Assembly: GCA_963721685.1 (NCBI GenBank)
Contig: CAVRJJ010000002.1
Location: forward strand, 8,848 to 72,847
Source of the DNA: an uncultured bacterium
GTDB taxonomy: Bacteria; Patescibacteriota; Saccharimonadia; UBA4664; SCTI01
Direction of reading: 5' to 3'
DNA: 64,000 bases
In this document: positions 43,194 through 52,251 of the stretch, piece after piece
How positions within the stretch are numbered: position 1 is the stretch's first letter
Layout: every line of letters starts with the position of its first letter
Program-made: the position numbers and the translations under genes
Notes under the pieces: model-generated
Databases searched by the model: none
Seen by the model: only the letters and a program-made list of their open reading frames with translations
Told to the model about the DNA's origin: nothing

Positions 43194-46100
43194 TTATTCA
43201 AGAATAATGTAGTCGAGCGTATAGGTGGTATTCGGTAGTACTACCTGGTCAGTTTTGAGCATAAAGTCGGTAAGCGACTTGCTGTGCGGAAAGATCTTGG
43301 CATCCAAGGTTAGTCCGTCTTGGCCAGACAAGACCACCCGCGGCACCTTACCAAACGGCTTGCTAAAGGTTATTTTTACCAGATGGCCGGCGGTTAGGTT
43401 GCTAGAACCAGCGACGAGAGTGATAGTACCGGATGTATCATTACCGTCTACAACCACGGTTGCACTCGTACCGCTAGCCGCCAGCACCTCAACTGTTGGA
43501 GTATCACCACCGCTAATGATATGCCCATCAACCTGCAGGTCTTGGAGCTGGGTTAGGCCTAGGACTACGAGATCGCCGTTAATGGTAGCGCTACCGGTGA
43601 CGGTGAGGGTTGTAATAGTGGCGGTACCAGAAACGTTGAGCTCGGCGAAGTCGGCAGTGCCGGAGACACTCAGACCACTTAAGGAGGCCATGCCGCCATT
43701 TTGGATAACACTGGTGATGCTAGGACCGTTGTAGTAACCGGGTTCGACAAAGACAATGACGCTTGTTTCCCCTGAGTTGGGATCCCAGGAGCCCAGGGCC
43801 TTACCAATGACAAAGCCGGATTGGGTGGCTTTCGTGGCTTTGCCGGGTTCGGATGAGGTTGTCAGATAGTCCCCGGCCTGGATGGGTTCTGAGCTTACGG
43901 CGATGTTAACCGGTACGCGGCCGTTGAGCGCTACCGGCATCGGGTTGTCTTCGGGCTTAATGTTATGGCCGGCTGAGGTGAAGTCGCCGTGGTTGTCGGA
44001 GACAATACCGACGGTGTTTACTTGGTAGGGGCTACTACTCTTAACCAGCTGGGTAACCTGGCCCTTGAGCTTGCCCCAGTCGATGTTGCCGTCGGTTGTA
44101 TCGTAAGTATTAACCATGGTAGTGCCAGTTACCACAATGTCGCCGTAGCCTATACCTGGAGCAACCGGATAGTCTTCAGCGTAGTCGGCGGCCGGAGCGG
44201 CGTTACAATCGCGCAACTCGTAGGCGGTGCCAGCCGTTGGCCCCGTGGCGTTGGCTAAGCTTGAACAGACCGCGTTAGTTGAGGCAGTATTACCCAAAGT
44301 TACTTTGACCGTACCGGAGGTGGTGTCGACTACCAGCAGGCCGTTACCGGCGGCGTTCTGAACCTGGAAGCCAGTGGCGGAGTTGGCGTCACTCTTGAAG
44401 AGCGAGGCACCATACACGGTTGTGCCTCCTTGGAAAGTGTTGTTGTAAGAGGTGACGGTGAGCTCGGTTTTACCGGAGGTCATGACACGGTTGCCAGTGC
44501 CAGTGATAGCGACGGCGACGAACATACCGTTGCCATAAGCTATGCCATCCCAACTATTATCCGCGGCGCTGGTACGGATGGCCCAGTTGATGCCGTCGGG
44601 GGAGGTCATTACACGGTTGCCAGTGCCATCATTGGATACCGCCACGAACAGGCCGTTGCCATAGGTGACACCGAGCCAGCCATTGTTTGCGGAGCTAGTG
44701 CGAATAGTCCAGCTAATGCCGTCAGGGCTGGTCATGACACGGTTGCCAGTACCAGAAGATGCTACGGCGACAAACATCCCGTTGCCGTAGGTAACGGAGT
44801 TCCACGCGTTATCCGCGGCGCTGGTGCGGATCGTCCAGCTCGTCCCATTAGTAGAGGTCATGACGCGGTTGCCGGTGCCAGTGATAGCGACGGCTACGAA
44901 CATACCATTGCCGTAAGTGACGGAGTACCAATCATTGTCCGCGGCGCTGGTGCGGGATGTCCAGTTAATGCCGTCGGGGCTAGTCATGACACGGTTGCCA
45001 GTGCCGGAAGATGCTACGGCGACAAACATCCCGTTGCCGTAGGTTACGGAGCGCCATGTGAGGGACGCTGCAGTCGTGCGGAGGGTCCAGGTTATGCCAT
45101 CGGGGGAGGTCATCGGAGCACCAGCATTCCCACTAATAGCGACAAATATCCCGTTGCCGTAGGCTACGGTTGTCCAGTTGTCATCCGCGGCGCTGGTGCG
45201 GGATGTCCAGTTAACGCCATCGGGGCTGGTCATGACGCGGTTGCCGGTGCCGGTGGCTGCAACGGCGACGAAAACCCCGTTACCATAGGCCACAGATCGC
45301 CATTCATTATCGGGGGCGCTGGTGCGGGAGGTCCAATTAGCGCCAGCAGTTATTAGATTGTCTGAAATAAGATCACCGCGAACGGTAATTCCACCTTGGT
45401 AGGTATTATTTGCCGGAACGACGGTCAATTCGGTTTTGCCGGAGGTCATGACGCGGTTGCCGGTGCCGTCTTCAGAGACAGCCACAAACAAACCATTGCC
45501 GTACGTAACGGAGCGCCAGGCGTTGGTTGTGGGGCTGGTGCGAGAGGTCCAGTTGATACCGTCGGGGGAGGTCATCACCTGACTGACAATGCCATCATAG
45601 GCCACCGCCACGAACAACCCATTGCCGTAGGTGACGGAGTCCCAGCTGGCATCCGAAGCGCTGGTGCGGATTGTCCAGGTTGTGCCGTTGGGGGAGGTCA
45701 TGACGCGGTTGCCGGTGCCGCTCGAAGACACCGCCACAAACAAGCCATTGCCGTAAGTAACGCTATACCAGTTGTTATCCGCGGCGCTGGTGCGTATGGT
45801 CCAGTTGATACCGTCGGGACTGGTCATCACCCGGTTGCCGGAGCCGGAGTATGCCACCGCTACAAACAACCCGTTGCCGTAGGTGACGGAGCGCCAAGAG
45901 TTGTTCGCAGCGCTGGTGCGGATGGTCCAGTTGATGCCGTCGGGGCTAGTCATCACCCGGTTGCCGGTGCCTGTTTGCGCCACCGCTACAAACAACCCGT
46001 TGCCGTAGGTGACGGACACCCACTCGTTATTCGCTGCGCTGGTGCGGATGGTCCAGTTGATGCCGTCGGGGGAGGTCATCACCAGGTTGCCGGAGCCGGA

Positions 46101-49100
46101 GTATGCCACCGCCACGAACAACCCGTTGCCGTAAGTGACGGCGTACCAGCCATTATCCGCGGCGCTGGTGCGGATGGTCCAGTTGATGCCGTCGGGGGAG
46201 GTCATCACCCGGTTGCCGGTGCCGTTGTCTGCTATCGCTACAAACAGCCCATTGCCGTAAGTAACGGACTTCCAGTCGTTATCCGCGGCACTATTGCGGG
46301 AGGTCCAGTCAATGCCTTTGGATAGCTCTACCCCCCCAACAGAGAGGGTTGCCGCCGAAAGGCTGCCAGTGAATAAGGCGCTTCCGCTAACACTCAAGCC
46401 ACCCTGAATACTCGCATCCCCTCCTATGCTCACATTTCTATTCACTCGTAGTGTATTTGTTTCAATGCTGCCGGTTTCAAGTTGCTGAATATAAGCTCCG
46501 CCGATATCGTAAATCTTCATTGTGGGGTTGAATGCACCTGCAACATTGTATAAGTAGCGGCCTTGCACCGAAATATCCTGAGTGCTCGCGATACTAGTAT
46601 CCTGCGCCAGCAAAACGGGGCTGGCAGGATTGCTAATATCATAGGTATACACACCACCAGTGCTTGAGGCATAGAGATACCTACCCTGTACCACAACAGA
46701 GGTAAGAACATCTCCCACCGATACATTAGTAACAAAAGTTGGACTAGTGGGATTTTTGATATCATAGACACCTAAGGTATTGTCTGTACTGCCATTAAGA
46801 ACATACGCATAACGTCCCTGAACGGCCAAGCCGTTTGGAGCAGTTCCAACTCCAACCGATCCCGCCAACACTGGACGGGATGGGCTACCTATATCGTAGA
46901 TTGTGAGCGTGGATGAAGAGTTATTTATCACATATGCGTAACGCCCTTGGATGATTAGATCAAACGGGTCAAGTCCGGTGGAGACGGTACCAGTTAAAAC
47001 CGGGGCGGCGGGATTACCGATGTCATAGACTGTCAAAACATCACTGGTTCCTACTACATACACGTAACGCCCTTGAACATAGAGTCCCCTGGCTCCACTT
47101 GGCACCGTTACCTGACCAGTTGCGTTAGGTGAAGCTGGATTGCTAACATCATAGATGCCTAGAATGCTATTGCTAAGAACATAGGCATAGCGGTCTTGGA
47201 CATATACATCCGTCGGATTTGCTACTGTTGACACTGTACCAGCTAAAACCGGGGCGGCGGGATTGCTCGTGTCATAAATTGATAAACTTGCTGCATCATC
47301 ATTTGCCACGTAGGCGTAGCGACCTTGAGTAAAAATCGATCTTGCTACTTGTAGACCAGCGCCAACTGCAACAGTACCAACGGCGGTAAGGCCGTTGATC
47401 TTCCCTGATACATAGAATTGGCCAGCCGCAGTACCAACCGCTCCAATTGAGGCCCTGCTATTAGTCGTATCTACGTTAAAAATATTAACACCAGCAGCAG
47501 CGTTTTGAACCTGAAATGCGCTGGTTGAATCGGTTTGATTACGAAACGTTGTACTTCCCCCGTTAGCAATAGTAAGGACATCGCGAGCGGTAGCGGTGGT
47601 ATCTCTTACCGTCAAGAGATTGCCTGAGCCAGCACTTTCAATACGCAGCCCTTCAACGGCGCCGGTGCTGAGTTGGTCAACTTTAAGGACAGCCCCGCTG
47701 GTAATGCCGCCGCTTGAGGGGTTTTGGAAGATTAAGTTACCGTCAGCGGAAGTCAGAGCCAGGGTGGCATCAGCGCTGTCTGCGTCGGCGGTATAGGCTT
47801 GTTGGAGAGTGGTGGTACCAGTACATCCAGCACTCGTACACACCCCAACTCCCCCAATGGTTAGGGTTGTTGTAGAAAGTGAGGTGTTTGAGCCGACGGT
47901 CATGGTGCTGGCACACTGCAAAGCTCCAGTTGCGTTAGTTAGGGTACACCCGCTGCCGGCAAAGCCACCCCCAAGCAATATATCGCCGGTACTGGTACCA
48001 CCTACTAATACTTGCCCGGTGCCGTTGCCATCGACGCTTATGTTGGTGTTGGTTCCACCGGCGGCAACCGTAAGGGCGCCGGTTCCCGAGATGGCGGTAC
48101 CGGAGACGTTAAGCGAGTTAACGGCTGAGGCGGTTAGGGTACCGCCGGAGACGTTTCCGCCGGAGAGCGTTCCGCCTGAAAGACTAGCTCCATCAATTGT
48201 ACCGCTAGCCACCAAGTTACCGGCCGCGGTAACACTAAACACGCTGGTTGGCGAACTGCCAGACTGCAAATCAAGCAAGTTGCCAGTCGGGCTAGCATTG
48301 GTATTAGAAGCGAATATCAGGGCTTGACCGGCAGATGGGTTGCCACTGGCGGTAACACGCAGGGTTGAGTTGGTATTGGTGCCGTTTACTAAGCTGAGTA
48401 CACCTGAGGCAACCGCGCTAGAAGAGTTGGTAAAGGTATAGAGGTTGCCCGCTGCCGTTACCGCGAAGGAGGAGGTATCAACGGCGTTTTTAGCGAGACC
48501 GGTAGCGCCCGAGGCCGTACATCCAGCACTCGTACACACCCCAACTCCCCCAATGGTTAGGGTTGTTGTAGAAAGTGAGGTGTTTGAGCCGACGGTCATG
48601 GTGCTGGCACACTGCAAAGCTCCAGTTGCGTTAGTTAGGGTACACCCGCTGCCGGCAAAGCCACCCCCAAGCAATATATCGCCGGTACTGGTACCACCTA
48701 CTAATACTTGCCCGGTGCCGTTGCCATCGACGCTTATGTTGGTGTTGGTTCCACCGGCGGCAACCGTAAGGGCGCCGGTTCCCGAGATGGCGGTACCGGA
48801 GACGTTAAGCGAGTTAACGGCTGAGGCGGTTAGGGTACCGCCGGAGACGTTTCCGCCGCTAAAGGTGCCGCCGGAAATGGTGGCAGAGTTAATCGTGCCG
48901 GTTGTCGTTAACGAGCCTTGGATGCTAGCGGCACCCGCTGCTTGAGTAAAAATTGAACTGCTTAAGTATGTAGTTGGCGCAGCGACGGCCGAAGTAGCAG
49001 TAGAAGGAGTAAACACATCAGCTGCTATCCCATCGTGCTTAATGACAATCGAGGCTGTTCCGGCAGTTGTCCCAGCTGATCGCCGCAAGCGCAACGAGAG

Positions 49101-50519
49101 CGTGGCTCCGCTCATATTTGCTTCTAACGTGAAATCATTACCACTATATGCCCCCGTGTCGCTGATTGGTTGAACAATTACCCAGGTATTGGTAGTTTGG
49201 TCATATTTTATGGGGAAGCTATAGTTCTTGCTTACTGAGAAGCCGCCATTAGGCACGGTAACGGATGCTTCAAAGCTTCCGGCTCCGTTTGACAGCGCAT
49301 AGGTCCCAATGTCGACTTCAGTCCCGACAACAGTTGGCATTGTACGCGTTAAGTTGGTGGTGAATGAATTAGTTGTTGTAATATTGGCAATGTTTAAAAG
49401 ATTTCCTGAAGCATCAATGCGCTGCGTACCAGCTGAAGCGCCAGTGTTAATTCCGGTAGTCGCGTTAAAAGTGGCCGCCCTTCCTGTGCCGTCGATATTA
49501 AAGCTCGCGGATGTCTGCGGACTGGCGTTTTGGTTCTGGATATAGCTGCCAGAGCTAGCTGCAGCAGTACAACCTGTTGAAGTACATACGCTCGTACCCC
49601 CAATGGTCAAAGCTGTTGTAGAAAGTGAGGTGTTGGCACCGGCTTTTAAGCTGACGCTGGCATTGACGCTGCCGGTTACCTGAAGAATGTCACCACCTGA
49701 AAGTGGTACCACGCCGATCCCAATTTTGGTGTTGGTAGTATCGGCGATAAAGAGATTGCCAGCACCAGAGGTATTTTGAATTTGGAAGGCGGTAGCGCTG
49801 GTACGGTTAATAGCTTGGTCACCCAGAGTGAAGGTGTTGGCGGCGTCGCGCCGGGCGTAGAGATCTCCATCTACCCCGTCAAGCTCATCGGCGTTAAAGG
49901 CATAGGGTGAAGCGGCGATTGGCTGGCGCGGGGTGAAGGGCCCTTCGGTAAAGACCGCGCAGCCGTTGGTGGCGCAGGTGGCGGTGGCCGGAGTGGGCAG
50001 CTCCACTTCAACGTAGAGTGAGATTTGGGTGAAATCAAAGGTGGAAAGCGAGGTTAAGGTGCCAAACTGCACGGAGAACAACCCGTTGGTCACCTGAATC
50101 CGATTATCGGTGCCGGTCCTGGTGTAATCTTCCTGGAACAGGTTGGTGCCTCCGCTCGGGGCACTCATGATCCTAAACTTGATGTTATACAAACCATCAG
50201 CCAGTGTGTTGCCGGCAGCGTTGGTGAGCCGACCCTGGAAGTTAATCTTGTAGGGAATAGTTGAAGCGGCGTCGGCCGGCGGAGACAACAGCGGAACCGT
50301 GGCGCTAACGGCTAGCCCTAAGATCAATACAACTATGGCAGCAATAGCCGGTTTCTTGGTTAAAAGAAGCTTACGCAGCCGCATGAACACATTTTTTCGA
50401 TACCCCAAAGCACCCGACCGGGTCGGGTTCATTGGTAACGGAATATTATGACTTCCTGAAGATTGCTTCTGGTAGTTACCGTTCAAATTGCCTATTGTCC
50501 TCTTTTGTATTTGCCTCAC
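43194..50519 (-). CDS. Giant modular adhesin (~2400 aa): fibre-like stalk, LVIVD propeller, two Trp-repeat propellers, tail-fibre-like C-terminal domains
   Basis: Signal/TM (start possibly 50384), INFQGRLT N-domain, 7 QGRYAYV repeats, 2x7 WxSVTYGNGxFVAV repeats, and an ADYAE...VALNGRVPV domain. Confidence 0.9.
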   Translation of the reverse strand: MRQIQKRTIGNLNGNYQKQSSGSHNIPLPMNPTRSGALGYRKNVFMRLRKLLLTKKPAIAAIVVLILGLAVSATVPLLSPPADAASTIPYKINFQGRLTNAAGNTLADGLYNIKFRIMSAPSGGTNLFQEDYTRTGTDNRIQVTNGLFSVQFGTLTSLSTFDFTQISLYVEVELPTPATATCATNGCAVFTEGPFTPRQPIAASPYAFNADELDGVDGDLYARRDAANTFTLGDQAINRTSATAFQIQNTSGAGNLFIADTTNTKIGIGVVPLSGGDILQVTGSVNASVSLKAGANTSLSTTALTIGGTSVCTSTGCTAAASSGSYIQNQNASPQTSASFNIDGTGRAATFNATTGINTGASAGTQRIDASGNLLNIANITTTNSFTTNLTRTMPTVVGTEVDIGTYALSNGAGSFEASVTVPNGGFSVSKNYSFPIKYDQTTNTWVIVQPISDTGAYSGNDFTLEANMSGATLSLRLRRSAGTTAGTASIVIKHDGIAADVFTPSTATSAVAAPTTYLSSSIFTQAAGAASIQGSLTTTGTINSATISGGTFSGGNVSGGTLTASAVNSLNVSGTAISGTGALTVAAGGTNTNISVDGNGTGQVLVGGTSTGDILLGGGFAGSGCTLTNATGALQCASTMTVGSNTSLSTTTLTIGGVGVCTSAGCTASGATGLAKNAVDTSSFAVTAAGNLYTFTNSSSAVASGVLSLVNGTNTNSTLRVTASGNPSAGQALIFASNTNASPTGNLLDLQSGSSPTSVFSVTAAGNLVASGTIDGASLSGGTLSGGNVSGGTLTASAVNSLNVSGTAISGTGALTVAAGGTNTNISVDGNGTGQVLVGGTSTGDILLGGGFAGSGCTLTNATGALQCASTMTVGSNTSLSTTTLTIGGVGVCTSAGCTGTTTLQQAYTADADSADATLALTSADGNLIFQNPSSGGITSGAVLKVDQLSTGAVEGLRIESAGSGNLLTVRDTTATARDVLTIANGGSTTFRNQTDSTSAFQVQNAAAGVNIFNVDTTNSRASIGAVGTAAGQFYVSGKINGLTAVGTVAVGAGLQVARSIFTQGRYAYVANDDAASLSIYDTSNPAAPVLAGTVSTVANPTDVYVQDRYAYVLSNSILGIYDVSNPASPNATGQVTVPSGARGLYVQGRYVYVVGTSDVLTVYDIGNPAAPVLTGTVSTGLDPFDLIIQGRYAYVINNSSSTLTIYDIGSPSRPVLAGSVGVGTAPNGLAVQGRYAYVLNGSTDNTLGVYDIKNPTSPTFVTNVSVGDVLTSVVVQGRYLYASSTGGVYTYDISNPASPVLLAQDTSIASTQDISVQGRYLYNVAGAFNPTMKIYDIGGAYIQQLETGSIETNTLRVNRNVSIGGDASIQGGLSVSGSALFTGSLSAATLSVGGVELSKGIDWTSRNSAADNDWKSVTYGNGLFVAIADNGTGNRVMTSPDGINWTIRTSAADNGWYAVTYGNGLFVAVAYSGSGNLVMTSPDGINWTIRTSAANNEWVSVTYGNGLFVAVAQTGTGNRVMTSPDGINWTIRTSAANNSWRSVTYGNGLFVAVAYSGSGNRVMTSPDGINWTIRTSAADNNWYSVTYGNGLFVAVSSSGTGNRVMTSPNGTTWTIRTSASDASWDSVTYGNGLFVAVAYDGIVSQVMTSPDGINWTSRTSPTTNAWRSVTYGNGLFVAVSEDGTGNRVMTSGKTELTVVPANNTYQGGITVRGDLISDNLITAGANWTSRTSAPDNEWRSVAYGNGVFVAVAATGTGNRVMTSPDGVNWTSRTSAADDNWTTVAYGNGIFVAISGNAGAPMTSPDGITWTLRTTAASLTWRSVTYGNGMFVAVASSGTGNRVMTSPDGINWTSRTSAADNDWYSVTYGNGMFVAVAITGTGNRVMTSTNGTSWTIRTSAADNAWNSVTYGNGMFVAVASSGTGNRVMTSPDGISWTIRTSSANNGWLGVTYGNGLFVAVSNDGTGNRVMTSPDGINWAIRTSAADNSWDGIAYGNGMFVAVAITGTGNRVMTSGKTELTVTSYNNTFQGGTTVYGASLFKSDANSATGFQVQNAAGNGLLVVDTTSGTVKVTLGNTASTNAVCSSLANATGPTAGTAYELRDCNAAPAADYAEDYPVAPGIGYGDIVVTGTTMVNTYDTTDGNIDWGKLKGQVTQLVKSSSPYQVNTVGIVSDNHGDFTSAGHNIKPEDNPMPVALNGRVPVNIAVSSEPIQAGDYLTTSSEPGKATKATQSGFVIGKALGSWDPNSGETSVIVFVEPGYYNGPSITSVIQNGGMASLSGLSVSGTADFAELNVSGTATITTLTVTGSATINGDLVVLGLTQLQDLQVDGHIISGGDTPTVEVLAASGTSATVVVDGNDTSGTITLVAGSSNLTAGHLVKITFSKPFGKVPRVVLSGQDGLTLDAKIFPHSKSLTDFMLKTDQVVLPNTTYTLDYIILE
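44465..46310 (-). repeat. Two blocks of seven ~129 bp (43 aa) coding repeats
   Basis: WTxRTSAADNxWxSVTYGNGxFVAVxxxGTGNRVMTSPDG units at ~44465-45335 and ~45430-46310. Confidence 0.92.
47821..48858. repeat. Exact 342 bp direct repeat (47821-48162 and 48517-48858)
   Basis: The two copies appear identical by eye, offset 696 bp, in frame. Confidence 0.92.
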
Positions 50520-50622
50520 ACCTAGCTGTAACGGGTTACAGTAAGATGTAGCTTAATTTTACCTCTTATGCTTACCTATTGCAAACCAGTTATGCTAATA
50601 ATTGACGAACAAATGATTCCAG

Positions 50623-51501
50623 TTATTTTTTGTGTCGTTTTTTACCTTTGCGAAGCCAATAAAAATAGGTTGCGATCATAATGAGCAGCATCGCGAGCAC
50701 AAACCGCCAATAGCCGGTAACCGCGAAGACATAGGCGGTTTTTGATTTGCTGGGGCTGGTAGTTGAATCAATAACCTTGACCGGTACAATGCCCAAGAAA
50801 CTCCCTTTCCTGTCTACTTGGATAACGCGGCTATTTTGTGGCAGCACCAATGGCCCGCGCACCCTGGCTGGCTTACCGAAAAAGCCGGTTTTTAGCTGGA
50901 GCTTAGGGTTAAACGCGATCGGCTGGGAACCGCTGGCAGTATTTTCATACTCAACTTTGCCGGCAATGCCATTCCCTAAAGCCACAAACGGCAGGTGCAT
51001 CCTGCTCACCCGCCCATCCTTAGTCCCGCCCCCGCCAATATCCAGAATAAACAAGGTGCCTACCCTGGCCAAAGCCGCCACCTGCGCTCCGCTTCCACCC
51101 GACTTAGCGGGCATGGTAGTAAAAAATAAGGCTCCGTAGACCCCGCCGCGCGGCAGCTTATTAGGGTCGATGGTAAATGCCACCCGGATAGCTTCGCGCG
51201 GGCCAAGCTCAAATTCTGAAACATCGGTAGTGATGCCGGCACGCAACGCTTCACTCGGGGAAAAAGCTAAGTTGCCGTCATTATCAATCTGCTGGAATGC
51301 CTCCACGCTCGATCTGAGCGTTAAAGTGCTGGTGGTGGGGTTGGAGACATCAACATGCCCAGATTTTTTGGTACCCAGGGGAATCGATTCCTGATACTGC
51401 AGGGGGGCTATCTTGAGGGCTATGGGCGCGGGGGCAGCCGCGGTGCCAGTACCCCCGATGCCCAAAGTGATCACCAGAATGGTAATAAGACGCTTAATCA
51501 T
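50623..51501 (-). CDS. DUF916/WxLIP-like chaperone-fold protein with C-terminal TM
   Basis: Signal peptide, IAP...VSNP...FELGPRE...PRGGVYGALFF...RVGTLFIL, TM and basic tail. Confidence 0.7.
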   Translation of the reverse strand: MIKRLITILVITLGIGGTGTAAAPAPIALKIAPLQYQESIPLGTKKSGHVDVSNPTTSTLTLRSSVEAFQQIDNDGNLAFSPSEALRAGITTDVSEFELGPREAIRVAFTIDPNKLPRGGVYGALFFTTMPAKSGGSGAQVAALARVGTLFILDIGGGGTKDGRVSRMHLPFVALGNGIAGKVEYENTASGSQPIAFNPKLQLKTGFFGKPARVRGPLVLPQNSRVIQVDRKGSFLGIVPVKVIDSTTSPSKSKTAYVFAVTGYWRFVLAMLLIMIATYFYWLRKGKKRHKK

Positions 51502-52202
51502 GGCTTGGTGGTGGCGGTAAAGGTCACGTTATTGGTATAATTACCGGCTTTCTGGCTGCTGGCAGTATCGAGGCGAAACTGCATGGTGGTGACATCGCTA
51601 GCTCCGCCCGAAAAGCCGTTCTTGGTGTGGAATGTGGTAGCGGCGCCTGGAATCGCGGCGTACTTGTAATTAGGGTTTGTCCCCCATTTTATGTCAACAC
51701 TGGTGCCGGAGGTGATGGTAAAGCCAAGCCCCTGGGTTGTTCCTTCAACCCACAACGCCGGGGCGGCGATGGCGGCAGCAATGGCGGCGATGGTGGTAGT
51801 AGTGTCGGTGTGGGTAAGGTTATTGTTCTGGTTAATCGCTAAGTCGTATCCTGGAGCGTCGGTATAGACAGTGGACTGTATCGTGGCGTTTTGGGAAGTT
51901 CCAGGCACAACCGAAGGAATTGATACGGTGCCGGTACTAAGCGTAAGCTGGACCGCCTGCTCCAGCTGCGCAACATAGCCTTGGGTGAGCTTGTAACTGG
52001 TACTTGTTCCCGAACCGACAGCCGCCTCACCCCCGGAATCGACTAGCTTATAGCTTGTGGAGCTACCTTGCCCTCCAAAATTATTAGCAACGTTCGGATC
52101 CAGCCGGTAGCTAGGGCTTGTTAATACTCCCGCCCCAACCGCGGTTGGTATAACCGCAAGTGCCATAACAGCTGCTATTCGTATGTGCCCACGCGTCAAC
52201 AT
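51498..52202 (-). CDS. WxL/pilin-like secreted protein with N-terminal SxSYxL repeats
   Basis: Signal peptide; TDAPGYDL; C-terminal AGNYTNNVTFTAT. Confidence 0.7.
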   Translation of the reverse strand: MLTRGHIRIAAVMALAVIPTAVGAGVLTSPSYRLDPNVANNFGGQGSSTSYKLVDSGGEAAVGSGTSTSYKLTQGYVAQLEQAVQLTLSTGTVSIPSVVPGTSQNATIQSTVYTDAPGYDLAINQNNNLTHTDTTTTIAAIAAAIAAPALWVEGTTQGLGFTITSGTSVDIKWGTNPNYKYAAIPGAATTFHTKNGFSGGASDVTTMQFRLDTASSQKAGNYTNNVTFTATTKP

Positions 52203-52251
52203 CTCTTATAATTCTAACGCTTTGCCTGCAATCTTTCCACCCCTCACGCCT

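Noticed and set aside
44465-46310. CRISPR array or DGR template/variable repeats
   Set aside because: Units are in-frame 129 bp coding repeats without unique spacers. Differences are not adenine-specific, and there is no cas or reverse transcriptase gene in the window.
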